Origin: an uncultured delta proteobacterium
GTDB taxonomy: Bacteria > Desulfobacterota > Desulfobacteria > Desulfobacterales > Desulfatirhabdiaceae
Length of the DNA: 64,000 nucleotides
Reading direction: 5' to 3'
Assembly: GCA_963789395.1 (NCBI GenBank)
Contig: CAWBKP010000011.1
Coordinates: 64,001 to 128,000 of the forward strand
The notes under the pieces were generated by a model that ran no database searches, was not told where the DNA came from, and saw only the letters and a list, made by a program, of their open reading frames with translations. The translations under genes were made by a program, and so were the position numbers. Below are positions 30,974 through 41,987 of the stretch, in pieces. How positions within the stretch are numbered: position 1 is the stretch's first letter; each line of letters starts with the position of its first letter.

Positions 30974-31771
30974 GTGCAATCTGTTTCAGTTGTTCAACAT
31001 CCGGTTCAATTTGTTGGTGCAGGACCGGGTGATCCGGATCTGATCACGGTGAAAGGCCAGAAGGCATTGATGCTGGCCGATGTCGTCATTTATGCGGGAT
31101 CACTGGTCCCGGAAGCGCTTCTGAAATGGACCCGGCCGCAAACTCTCTCCATCGACAGCGCCGCTTTGAATCTGGAGCAGATCATCGATATCATCGTTGA
31201 AAACTGGGACTGTCGGAAAGCAGGTGGTGCGCCTCCACACCGGAGATCCCAGCCTCTATGGCGCCATTTTCGAACAGATGTCGGCCCTCGATGCCCGGAA
31301 TATCCCGTTTGCCGTTGTTCCGGGAGTCACGGCGGCTTTTGCCGCGGCAGCGGCCATGGGCCTGGAATATACCCTTCCGGAGATATCCCAGACCCTGATT
31401 CTGACGCGAATGGCCGGCAGAACGCCGGTTCCGGAATCGGAAAACCTGGAAGCACTGGCCAGCCACCAGGCATCCATGGCCATTTATCTGAGCATTTCCC
31501 TGATCGATGCGGTGCAGGCCACGCTGTCCCGTGCATACGGCCCCGATGCTGCCTGCGCCATTGCCTATAAAATCAGTCATCCGGAAGAGCGGATTGTTTA
31601 TACCCGAATCAATCAATTGTCCGAAACCGTCCAAAAAGAAAACATCACCCGGCAGGCCCTGATCATTGTCGGCAAGGTGCTTGAAGTCACCCTGGACAGT
31701 CTGAAACATCACTCCAAACTCTATGACAAAGCATTTACGCACGGGTTCAGGGAAAAAGTCGCAGCAGTGAA
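30974..31771 (+). CDS. cbiF: Cobalt-precorrin-4 C11-methyltransferase (frameshift near 31200; end approximate)
   Basis: [53 protein letters not shown]. Confidence 0.92.
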
Positions 31772-32851
31772 CATTCCCGGCCCCCAACAGCTTGCCATCT
31801 GGGCAATCACCCCCGGCGGCCTTTCCCTGGCGCTGAAGCTAATGGATGCTTTCCCCGGAATGCTGCATGTTTCCGAAAGGTCTTCTGCCCTGCCCTGCTC
31901 CCTGTTTTTCATTCGCCCGGCTGGCGGACTGCGTCAAGGATCGATTTTCCCTTTTTAAAGCACACGTGTTTATCATGTCCACCGGCATCGTGGTGCGGGT
32001 CATCGCCCCCTGCATTGCCTCGAAAACCACGTGATCCGGCAGTGGTTGTCATGGATGAAAAAGGCAGACATGTCATCAGCCTGCTTTCAGGCCACATCGG
32101 CGGCGCCAATCGCCTGGCGGTGGCCATTTCCGAAAAGCTTCAGGCAACTCCCGTCATCACCACGGCAACGGATCTTCATCAGGTTCCGGCCATCGATGTC
32201 ATCGCCGTGGACAACGGCCTGTTCATCGAAAACCCCGAAGCCATCAAAACCATCAGCATGGCTTTTCTGCGACGGACCCTGTTTATCTGCATGATCCGTA
32301 TCACCGGCTGGATGACATCGCGCTTGATGGCATGATTCACTGCCGGAAACAACTGATGCCGGAAAACAGCGGATGTCTCCCGACGGCAAGCACATCCTCA
32401 CCTGCAGTTGTGGTTGACGATCGCCGTGATGCGCTTTCCGGATCCCAGCCTGATCCTGCGGCCCAAATCCCTGATCGCCGGCATGGGGTGCAACCGCAAC
32501 ACCGGCGCCAATGAAATCCGGGAGTTTCTGATAAACAAAATGGACCAGTTCGCATTATCCCTGAACAGCCTGAAATGTATCGCCACAATCGATATCAAAT
32601 CCGATGAGGCAGGGCTGCTGGAACTTGCCCGAAGCCTTCACATCCCCATCCGGTTTTTCACGCGGGAGGAGCTGTCCGGAATAGACAGCCCGAATCCCTC
32701 GGAAATCGTCAATCAACACATAGGAGTACCCAGCGTATGCGAAGCCGCAGCAGTTCTGGCATCGGAAAAGGGGGAACTGATCGTTCCCAAGCAGATCAGC
32801 CCGAATGTCACCCTGGCCATTGCCCGAATCAACTTTTCGTTGTCGGATTAG
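31768..32851 (+). CDS. cbiG: Cobalt-precorrin-5A hydrolase (frameshifts)
   Basis: IMSTGIVVR, DPAVVV, LLSGHIGGAN, ITTATD, GMGCNR, SVCEAAA. Confidence 0.9.
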
Positions 32852-33616
32852 GGCCCGGCAGTCCGGATTATCTGTCAAAACGGGCCTGCGATGTTCTGGA
32901 AGCCGTTGACACGGTTGCCGGATACACGACATACCTTGACCTGATCCGGCCGCTGATCCAGGGACAAGCGGATCATCAGCTCCGCCATGACCCAGGAAGT
33001 GGACCGGGTCGAGGCCGCCATTAGATGAGGCCCTGTCGGGCAAGTCCTGCGCCGTCGTATCGAGCGGCGATTCCGGAATTTATGCCATGGCGGGCCTGGT
33101 TCTGGAGATCTGCGCCATCCGCGGGATTCCGATCCTGAAACCGGACATCCGGACCGCCGTGCGATCCGCAGATGCTTCAAGTCGAAATCGTTCCGGGAAT
33201 CCCGGCGGTCTGCGCCGGCGCATCGCTCCTGGGCGCGCCCCTGACCCATGATTTTGCCTGCATCAGCCTCAGCGACCTGCTGACGCCCTGGGAAGTCATT
33301 GAAAAGCGCCTGGATGCCGCAGCACTTGCGGATTTTGTGATTGTCCTCTACAATCCCAAAAGCAAACGCCGGTCCACCCAACTGGAAAGGGCCCAGCAGA
33401 TCATCTTGAAACATCGGGATAAAAATACGCCGGTCGGCATCGTGACCAGCGCCATGCGGGAAGATCAGGAAATTGGCCTGACCACGCTCGAGCATCTGCA
33501 TCTGCGTCAAGGTCACCATGCTCACAACGGTTTTCATCGGAAACAGTTCAACATTTGACTATCAGGGGCTGATGATCACCCCGCGAGGCTACAGCAAGAA
33601 ATATGATATCCGGTAG
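32824..33616 (+). CDS. cbiH: Precorrin-3B C17-methyltransferase (frameshifts; start uncertain)
   Basis: [37 protein letters not shown]. Confidence 0.9.
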
Positions 33617-35104
33617 ATCTTTGGCCCCCTGCCTGGCGGTATTCGGAACCGGCTCCGATGTGGGAAAAAGCATCGTGGTGACGGCCCTGTGCCGGATTTT
33701 TGCCAATCGCGGCATTCGGGTGGCCCCCTATAAAGCCCAGAACATGTCCAACAATTCCGGCGTCACCCCGGAAGGCCTGGAAATGGGCCGGGCCCAGATT
33801 GTTCAGGCAGAGGCAAGCAGGATTCCTCCCCATGTGGACATGAATCCGATTCTACTGAAGCCCACCAGCGATATCGGCTCCCAGGTCGTTGTGCTGGGAG
33901 AGGCCGTGGCCAACCGGACGGCGCGCGAATACCACGAGCAGAAGGAAGTCGCTGTTTTCAACTGCGTGCCAGGCCCTTGACCGGCTTCGGGAAACGTATG
34001 ATCTGGTTATTCTGGAAGGGGCCGGGTCCTGCGCGGAAGTCAATCTCATGCCGCATGATATCGTCAATTTCCGAATGGCCGAATATGCCCGGGCACCGGT
34101 GATTCTGGTCGGTGACATTCACCGGGGGGGCATTTTCGGCCAGCTCATCGGCACGTTGGCCTGTCTGCCCCCGGATTGCCAGGACCGGATCGCCGGTTTT
34201 ATCATCAACCGGTTTCGCGGGGACATTTCCCTGTTCCAGGATGGAACCCAGTGGATTGAATCCCGGTCCGGGAAACCCGTTTTCGGCGTTCTTCCCTGGG
34301 TGGACAATCTGGCGGTGGAGGCGGAAGATTCGGTTGTAATTGAAAACCCCAGAAAACCGGTGCTTGAAAATGATTCCAGGCCGGCCATCGCCATCATTCG
34401 CATACCCCATATTTCCAATTTTACGGATTTTGATCCCCTGACCCGGATTTCCGGCATTTCTGTCTCATTTCTTGAACAGCCTCAGGAACTGTCTCATTTC
34501 AAGGCCGTGATCATTCCCGGGTCCAAAAATACCTGTTTTGATCTTACGGTGGCTTCACCGGAGCGGGTGGTCCGCAATTCTCAAAACATATGCCGCAAGT
34601 GGCGGCCATGTTCTGGGAATTTGCGGCGGGTATCAGATTCTGGGAACCCTTGTTCATGATCCGGATGGACTGGAAGGCCCTCCGGGTTCAACCGAAGGCC
34701 TATGCCTGCTGCCCGTTGAAACCGTATTGAAGGCACCGAAAACCACCACTCTGAGCGCCTTTGAATGGCAGGGTGTCGCCGGCAAGGGATATGAAATCCA
34801 CATGGGACAAACCCGGCTTCTCAACGGCAATCCCCTGTTGACCATTACGGAACGCAACGGACTGCCCTGCAATGAAGCCGACGGGGCCCGGGCCGATGTT
34901 TTTTCAGTCATGGGAACCTATATCCACGGCCTGTTCGACACCCCGGGGATCACCCGGCTCTGGCTGGAGCAGATCGGTCTTGGCCAGGTTCCGGTTTCCG
35001 CTGATCAGGGGCCCGTTGCGCGGGATCAGGCATATGACAGGCTGGCAGAACATTTTGAATCCCACATAAATGTCGAAGCCATTTTATCAACGATCTCCGC
35101 ATAA
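33603..35104 (+). CDS. cbiP: Cobyric acid synthase (frameshifts near 33950 and 34550)
   Basis: [48 protein letters not shown]. Confidence 0.93.
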
Positions 35105-35144
35105 ACTTTATGTTGCTTTCTTACGAATCTTCTGGAAATTTGAT

Positions 35145-35675
35145 ATGAACACTACCCTTGTCATCGGCGGATGCCGAAGCGGTAAAAGCAGCCATGCCCT
35201 GCATCTGGCGGACAGGATGGGAAATGTCCGGAAAATATTTCTGGCCACCTGTATTCCCCATGACGATGAAATGCACCAGCGGGTTTCCAAGCATCAGGCG
35301 GAACGGGGCGCAGACTGGACCGCCGTGGAAACGCCGGTTTTTCTCCCCGAGGCCATCCGGGATATCGGCCCCAACGCGGATGTTCTGCTGGTGGACTGTC
35401 TGACGCTCTGGGTGAGCAATCTGATGATGGAGCTCACGGACCCGGGTGCGCCAAAAGATCTCCTGACGACTCAGACCCGCAGCCTGATTGAAAGCTTGCG
35501 CGCTGCGGCATGTCCGGTTATACTGGTTACCAACGAAGTCGGCGCCGGGATTGTTCCGGAAAATCAGCTTGCCAGAAGTTTCCGCGATGCCGTGGGACTG
35601 ATCAATCAGCAGATTGCAGCCTGCGTAGACCAGGTAATCTGGATGGTGGCGGGGATTCCGGTAAAGATAAAATAA
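35145..35675 (+). CDS. cobU: Adenosylcobinamide kinase/guanylyltransferase
   Basis: GGCRSGKS, VDCLTLW, NEVGAGIVP, VAGIP. Confidence 0.95.
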   Translation: MNTTLVIGGCRSGKSSHALHLADRMGNVRKIFLATCIPHDDEMHQRVSKHQAERGADWTAVETPVFLPEAIRDIGPNADVLLVDCLTLWVSNLMMELTDPGAPKDLLTTQTRSLIESLRAAACPVILVTNEVGAGIVPENQLARSFRDAVGLINQQIAACVDQVIWMVAGIPVKIK

Positions 35676-35699
35676 GATGGAGTTGATGTCTGTTTGATT

Positions 35700-36893
35700 A
35701 TGAGAATCAATACGATAATACATCGTTATATTTTCAAGGAAATGCTTCCGCCTTTCGGAATCAGTCTGATATTTTTCACGTTTATTTTTTTGATGACCCG
35801 GATCATTGAGATCATGAATATGATTGTCAATTATCGGGTCGGCCTGTCTGTTATCGGATGGATGATTCTTTACACGTTGCCGCTTTTCATGGTATTCATC
35901 ATTCCCATGTCAATTATGATGTCGGTGCTGCTGACCTTTCTGCGGTTATCGGGCGACAATGAAATTCTGGCATTAAAAAACGGGGGGCTGAGTGTTTATG
36001 ATCTGCTGCCGCCGGTGATGCTGTTTTGTCTGGTGGGAGCGATGCTGACCGCATCCGTGGCTTTGTACGGCCTTTCCTGGGGAAGATGTCCATAAAAAAA
36101 CTGGCCCTTCAGGTTGGCGCAACCAATCTGGATATCGGCATCAAAGAGCGGACTTTCAACGACAGTTTTAAAGGCGTGATGCTGTACGTGAACAAAATGG
36201 ACGCCAAAACCAAGAACCCTCAGTGACGTGTTTATCGAAGACTCGCGCTCCCCCGAGGCAATCATCACCATTGTGGCACCCAAAGGCCAGATGGAAAGCA
36301 ATCCGAAAACCCACCAGTTTCTGCTCAGGCTGTATGAGGGAACCATCAACCAGGTGGATATCAAAAGCCAGTCCGTCAACACGGTGCGGTTTGACACATA
36401 CGACATTCACCTGGATACCCGGCAGGCAACCGGAGCAATCAAAACGGGACCAACGCATCCGGAAGAAATGTCTTTGACCGAGATCCGGCAGTTTCTGGAT
36501 ACATCCACCGAAAAAAGTCCGGAGTATTACCGGATACTGATGGAATTTCACAAGAAATTCTCCATGCCGTTTGCCTGCATCGCCCTTGGCCTTCTGGCTG
36601 CTCCGCTGGGCATTCAATCCGGAAAAAGCAGGCGGTCTTTCAGCATCAGCCTGGGGATATTCTTTTTTCTGCTTTATTACATCCTGCTGGCCGCAGGCTG
36701 GGCTTTCGGTAAAACCGGTGAATACCCGCCGCTTCTGGGGATGTGGGTTCCCAATATTGTGACAACCGGCGTCGGCATCCTGATGCTGTACCGTGCGAAC
36801 CATGAAAAGCCGGCACCCTTTTCAGCCCTGGCCGCCCGCGTCTCACGAAAATTCCGGATCTTCAGGAAACGCGCCGGATTTTACGACGTATGA
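35700..36893 (+). CDS. lptF: LPS export ABC permease LptF (frameshifts near 36090 and 36220)
   Basis: RYIFKE, RLSGDNEILALKNGG, beta-jellyroll region, EFHKKFSMPF; paired with lptG. Confidence 0.88.
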
Positions 36894-37972
36894 CTATTCT
36901 TGACAAATACCTCACACGCGAAATGTTTCGATACTTTTTCATGGTATTGATCCTGGTGGTTGCCATTTATCTGGCAGTCGATTTCTTTGAGAAAATTGAC
37001 GATTTCATGAAAGAAGGACTCCCGTTTTCCCGGGTAATCGACTTTTTTCTATATACCCTTCCATCTATCTTATCCTTGATGATTCCGGTAGGGGTGTTGC
37101 TGTCAGCCCTCATCAGCCTGGGCATGATGAATAAACACAATGAACTGACGGCAATCAGAAGCTGCGGAATCAGTATCTATTCATTGATGAAACCCATTCT
37201 GGTGCTGGGTTTCCTGTTTTCCTTCATGCTGTTTTTTCTTTCAGAAGCCATCGTGCCCGTAACCATGACCAGAGCAAACCGGATCTGGCTGACTGAAGTG
37301 CGAAAGGAGCAGGGCATATTTACCCGTGAAAACAACATCTGGATGAAAACCCCCAATGGCATCCTGCATGTCCGTCATTACAACCCTGCTGAAAAAACCA
37401 TGTATAAAGTGACGCTGAACACGTTTGATGATCAGTTTAAACTCATTCGGCGTATGGATGCGGAACGCGGGGTATTTACAAATGGACAGTGGCTGTTTAC
37501 GAATATTCTTGAGCAAACACTGGATGACACGGGTTTCAGCTACAACATCGAATTTCACGATTCCATGCCCGTCGATCTCGATATCAATCCGGAACGGTTC
37601 CAGATGGTGGTTAAAAAAACTTCGGAAATGGATATCATGGAGCTTCTGGACTGTATTCATGCCATCGAGGATGAGGGGTATTCCGCCACGCGGTACTGGG
37701 TGGATTTTCACGCCAAGATCGCCTTCCCCTTTGTCTGCGTTATTCTGGTTCTGGCAGGAGTCAGCATTGCCTGCAAAAACCGCTTGAAAGATGGTCTTCC
37801 AGTTGGTATAGCCTACGGCATAGGCATTGCATTTTCATACTGGGTCGTGAACAGTTTCTGCATTTCACTGGGTTACGGGGAAATGCTGCCGCCGGTAATT
37901 GCCGCATGGGCGACAAATGCCGTTTTTTTGTGTTTCGGCATCATCATGCTGATGCACACGGAGCAGATTTGA
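36890..37972 (+). CDS. lptG: LPS export ABC permease LptG
   Basis: ILDKYL, NELTAIRSCGIS, KIAFPF, LPPVIAAW. Confidence 0.9.
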   Translation: MTILDKYLTREMFRYFFMVLILVVAIYLAVDFFEKIDDFMKEGLPFSRVIDFFLYTLPSILSLMIPVGVLLSALISLGMMNKHNELTAIRSCGISIYSLMKPILVLGFLFSFMLFFLSEAIVPVTMTRANRIWLTEVRKEQGIFTRENNIWMKTPNGILHVRHYNPAEKTMYKVTLNTFDDQFKLIRRMDAERGVFTNGQWLFTNILEQTLDDTGFSYNIEFHDSMPVDLDINPERFQMVVKKTSEMDIMELLDCIHAIEDEGYSATRYWVDFHAKIAFPFVCVILVLAGVSIACKNRLKDGLPVGIAYGIGIAFSYWVVNSFCISLGYGEMLPPVIAAWATNAVFLCFGIIMLMHTEQI

Positions 37973-38144
37973 CAGCAACACAAAACAGCTCAGAACAAGG
38001 CTTAGCGGAACGGGTATCCGGTTATTGATGAATCGACAAATACCATGATGGGCAGACAAACAATCATTGGTTTTGAATTTACCGTCGCGCTGACAGTTGC
38101 AAACATCTCAGGCCGGCAAGATGGATAGCCCGTTAAGGAAATAA

Positions 38145-38753
38145 ATGAAATTTAAATTTGAAGAATTTCGCATAAATTTGACGCGTATAGCAGGGGCTAT
38201 CGTTTTGTTTTTTTTCTTCAGTGCACAGAGCTACTGGGAAAGACACAACATTGTAATCTCATATCTTTTGCTTTTCCTGGGCATATTTTTTGTTGCCATT
38301 GCGTCATTGGGGAGGATGTGGTGCTCACTATACATCGCCGGGTACAAAGACAGCAAATTGATTACAGAAGGCCCTTACTCCCTTTGCCGAAATCCCCTGT
38401 ATTTTTTCAGCATGATCGGTGTTATTGGAATTGGTTGCGCCACTAAAACGTTTACTTTTCCAATCCTTTTCATAATTCTTTTTTCATCTTATTATCGATT
38501 TGTCATTAAAAGTGAAGAAGCGCGTCTCAAGCAGCTTTTCGGAGCCGAGTTCGAGGAATATGAAAAGACAGTGCCTGCATTTTTCCCTAAGTTTTCCAAT
38601 TTTTCTGAACCTGACAACTACAATGTGAAGCCGTCTGTCTACAGAAATCATATTTTTAGTGCAATATGGTTTATCTGGATAATTGGAATAATTGAGGTAA
38701 TTGAGGGAATGAAAGAAGTTTGGTTCCTTTCGGCTTTGTGGACGTTTTACTAA
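38145..38753 (+). CDS. Integral-membrane SAM methyltransferase, ICMT/PEMT superfamily (LmtA-like candidate)
   Basis: LITEGPYSLCRNPLY...EEARLKQLFG...Y...VPAFFP; visibly AT-rich relative to neighbours. Confidence 0.85.
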   Translation: MKFKFEEFRINLTRIAGAIVLFFFFSAQSYWERHNIVISYLLLFLGIFFVAIASLGRMWCSLYIAGYKDSKLITEGPYSLCRNPLYFFSMIGVIGIGCATKTFTFPILFIILFSSYYRFVIKSEEARLKQLFGAEFEEYEKTVPAFFPKFSNFSEPDNYNVKPSVYRNHIFSAIWFIWIIGIIEVIEGMKEVWFLSALWTFY

Positions 38754-38826
38754 TCGGACCAACCGGCCAAGGGACAGTCGCACCGGGCGGTGCATGAAGC
38801 TATCGGGCCATAGCAGGGAAAACAGC

Positions 38827-40143
38827 GTGATTCTGGCATATAATCTGTTATGGATGTTCGGGGTTTTTCTGGCGATTCCCTGGTTGCTTGTTTCGGTATT
38901 TGCATCCCGAAAAAGGCGTAAAACCGTCCTTCAGCGCCTGGGGATTGCCGTTGCGCCAGGGCTGCCGGATCCGAAAACATCTGAACGTAACCTCCATCCC
39001 CTGTGGGTTCACGCCCTGTCCGTCGGGGAGGTTTTATCCGCGGTTTCGCTTGCCAGGGCGCTCAAACAGCAATATCCGGACCGGCCGGTCGTATTTTCAG
39101 CTTCAACCTTGACGGGGTTTGAAACAGCCTCCCGACTTCTCCGGAATGATCTGACAGCGGTGTTTTATTTTCCCTATGACCTGATATTTTCCGTCCGCTC
39201 CGTGATCAACCGGATCCGTCCCGCCCTGGTCGTCATCGTTGAAACCGATATCTGGCCCAATTTTTTATTTGAGATGAAACGCCGTTTAATTCCAGTCGTT
39301 CTGGTGAACGCCAGGCTTTCAGACCGGTCGTTTTCGGGGTACCGGCGTTTTTTGAAATGGACTTCTCCCGTATTTCAACGTTTTTCTTTCATCTGCGCCC
39401 AGAGCGGGGAAGATGCCAGCCGCTTTAGGAGCCTGGGTCTTCCGGCGGACAGGGTCACGATTGCCGGCAACCTGAAATACGACTCGCCTCCGGATCTGGC
39501 TTCTGAAAATGCGGTTCGGTATCTGCGGAAAATCCTTTACAAAATGACCCACCGGCAATGCCTGGTTGCCGGCAGCACCCACCCCGGTGAAGAGGCCATT
39601 CTCCTTGAAGCGTTTTCCCGCCTGAGAGTCAGGATTCCGGCGCTTTACCTGATTCTTGTTCCAAGGGATGTTGATCGGGCAAACGAGATATGCAATATGG
39701 CGGTTTCAGAAGGGTTCACAGCGGAATTGCTGACAGGGATGGAACACTCACCGGCATTAGATCCTCCGGATGTGGTCGTGGTGAATACTATCGGACATCT
39801 CAAGGCCCTGTATGCGCTTTCCGATGTGGCCTTTGTGGGAGGCAGCCTGATCAATTTCGGCGGCCACAATCCGCTGGAGCCTGCTGCATTTGCAAAGCCG
39901 ATCTTGTTCGGCCCCCATACCGGTGATGTTGCGGACAGTTGCAACCGCCTGCTGGCATCGGGCGGCGCACGGGTGGTTCACGACACCGGTGAACTGGTTC
40001 AGGCGGCCCTGCTCCTGCTCACAAAGAAAGAATGCTCCCAGGCCATGGGGAAAAATGCGTTTCAAGTCCTGCAGGATAATCAGGGGGCATTGGAAAAGAC
40101 CCTGAACACCATCGGTCGGTTTCTGCAAGATGGCATCCTTTAG
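38827..40143 (+). CDS. waaA: Kdo transferase
   Basis: WVHALSVGE, ETDIWPN, GNLKYD, AGSTHPGEE, FVGGSL...GGHNPLEP. Confidence 0.95.
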   Translation: MILAYNLLWMFGVFLAIPWLLVSVFASRKRRKTVLQRLGIAVAPGLPDPKTSERNLHPLWVHALSVGEVLSAVSLARALKQQYPDRPVVFSASTLTGFETASRLLRNDLTAVFYFPYDLIFSVRSVINRIRPALVVIVETDIWPNFLFEMKRRLIPVVLVNARLSDRSFSGYRRFLKWTSPVFQRFSFICAQSGEDASRFRSLGLPADRVTIAGNLKYDSPPDLASENAVRYLRKILYKMTHRQCLVAGSTHPGEEAILLEAFSRLRVRIPALYLILVPRDVDRANEICNMAVSEGFTAELLTGMEHSPALDPPDVVVVNTIGHLKALYALSDVAFVGGSLINFGGHNPLEPAAFAKPILFGPHTGDVADSCNRLLASGGARVVHDTGELVQAALLLLTKKECSQAMGKNAFQVLQDNQGALEKTLNTIGRFLQDGIL

Positions 40144-41242
40144 TAAATCAATCGCATCCGTGATGACCGGAAAGGCCCGTCCCCCGTTTGTATTGGATCT
40201 TATCCTGACCCTTCTGTCCAAAGCCTATGGCGCAGGCGTTTTACTTCGTCGTAACGGGTATGTTTCGGGTATTCTGACATCCAGAAAACTTCCCTGCACC
40301 GTTATTTCGATTGGCAACCTGACAACCGGGGGAACCGGAAAAACTCCCATGGCCATTTACGTGGCCGAACGGGTACGGCAATTGGGTTATCGGGTTGCTG
40401 TTCTCAGCAGGGGATATAAAGGCGCTGCTGAAAAGCGCGGCGGCATTGTCAGCAATGGAAACAGCATACTGATGGACCCGATTGCAGCCGGTGACGAGCC
40501 GTTCCTGCTGGCAACATCTCTTCATGATATTCCGGTAGTGGTCGGACATGACCGCTATCGATCCGGCATGCAGGCCATCCACCGGTTTCAGACGCAGGTG
40601 GTGATTCTGGATGATGCGTTTCAACATCTTGCACTTTTCCGGGATCTGAATCTGCTGCTGCTGGACAGCACGCTTCCATTCGGAAACGGCCGTCTGCTGC
40701 CCCGCGGAACGTTGCGGGAGCCTGCATCCGCCCTGCGATTCAGCGATGCACTGATCATGACCCGTTCCGCCCGGCCATTTTGCAGCCCCGCGGAACCCTG
40801 GACCCGGGGCCTCCCGGTTTTTTGCGCGGTTCATGAACCTTTTTTCTCCCGCAGATTTTCAGCCGGTGACACACTGACATTTCAAACCAATGCCCCCTTT
40901 ACCGGAAATGCGCGATTAACCGGAAAACGGTATTATGCGTTTTCCGGTATCGCCCATAATGACGATTTTCTAAAAACCCTCAAGAAAATGGGCGCCGATG
41001 TCTGCGGTTTTCAGGAATTCTCCGATCATCATTTCTATTCGGCCGAAGACATTCAGGCCATCCAGAAAGCCGCTGTCCATGCCGGCGCACATGCCATCGT
41101 CACCACCGAAAAAGACCTTGCCAGATTGCATGGCCGGTTCCAATTCTCCATGGAATGCGTTGTTGTCGGGATTCGCATGTCTCTTGACAATGCAATGGCG
41201 TTTGACAGATTCATCCAAAATCGGATATCCTTGACCTCATGA
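40130..41242 (+). CDS. lpxK: Tetraacyldisaccharide 4'-kinase
   Basis: IGNLTTGGTGKTP, SRGY, GDEP, DDAFQH, LPRGTLRE, TTEKD. Confidence 0.95.
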   Translation: MASFSKSIASVMTGKARPPFVLDLILTLLSKAYGAGVLLRRNGYVSGILTSRKLPCTVISIGNLTTGGTGKTPMAIYVAERVRQLGYRVAVLSRGYKGAAEKRGGIVSNGNSILMDPIAAGDEPFLLATSLHDIPVVVGHDRYRSGMQAIHRFQTQVVILDDAFQHLALFRDLNLLLLDSTLPFGNGRLLPRGTLREPASALRFSDALIMTRSARPFCSPAEPWTRGLPVFCAVHEPFFSRRFSAGDTLTFQTNAPFTGNARLTGKRYYAFSGIAHNDDFLKTLKKMGADVCGFQEFSDHHFYSAEDIQAIQKAAVHAGAHAIVTTEKDLARLHGRFQFSMECVVVGIRMSLDNAMAFDRFIQNRISLTS

Positions 41243-41985
41243 TCAGCGTCGTTGTCATCACCTTGAATGAGGCGGACCGGATTCCCGCACTGCTGAAAAG
41301 CGCGGCATTTGCCGATGAAATCATCGTGGTGGATTCCGGCAGCAGCGACGGCACGCCGGAAGTCTGCAGGGCAGGCGGCGCCAGAGTCATCACCCACCCC
41401 TGGCAGGGATTTTCTGCGCAAAAACAATATGCCATGCAGCAGGCATCATTTGAGTGGATTTTGAATCTGGATGCGGATGAACGGATTTCCGATCCCCTGG
41501 CTGCGGAACTTCAGGAAGCAATCCAGAGCGCGCCACCGGAAGTCTGCGGCTTTTCCATGCCCCGGCTCTCCCGGTATCTTGGCACCTGGATCCGTCATGG
41601 CGGCTGGTATCCGGATCGAAAGATACGCCTGGTTCGAAAAGGATGCGGCCAGTGGACAGGCGGCGGGCTGCATGAAAAACTGGAAGTTACCGGAAAGATC
41701 CAGCCGCTGTCAAACCCGATTCTGCATGAGGTATACCGGAACATCTCGGATCAGGTAATGACCATCAACCGGTTCTCAGGTGTATACGCCGAAGAACATT
41801 CGGCAACCGGCGCCTGGTTTACGGCTGTCGGCGTACTGCATGCCCTGGGGAAATTTCTGGAATGCTATCTGTGGAAGCTGGGAATGCTGGATGGCACCGC
41901 CGGACTGGTCATTGCCATGAATTCCGCATGGTATGTATTCCTAAAGCATGCCAAAGTCTGGGAGAGAGGATTGCAGGACAGATAG
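41239..41985 (+). CDS. GT2 glycosyltransferase (KdtX/LgtF-like LPS core type)
   Basis: VVDSGSSDGT, LDADE, GWYPD, LHEK. Confidence 0.88.
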   Translation: MISVVVITLNEADRIPALLKSAAFADEIIVVDSGSSDGTPEVCRAGGARVITHPWQGFSAQKQYAMQQASFEWILNLDADERISDPLAAELQEAIQSAPPEVCGFSMPRLSRYLGTWIRHGGWYPDRKIRLVRKGCGQWTGGGLHEKLEVTGKIQPLSNPILHEVYRNISDQVMTINRFSGVYAEEHSATGAWFTAVGVLHALGKFLECYLWKLGMLDGTAGLVIAMNSAWYVFLKHAKVWERGLQDR

Positions 41986-41987
41986 TC

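Noticed and set aside
31197..31958. Apparent CbiF-CbiG read-through fusion
   Set aside because: A GTGA start/stop overlap at 31768-31771 fits two genes, and the region is indel-rich; unproven without polishing.
28378..35104. Pseudogenised cobalamin pathway or programmed frameshifting
   Set aside because: Motifs are intact, shifts lack consistent slippery sites, and similar shifts occur in unrelated genes.
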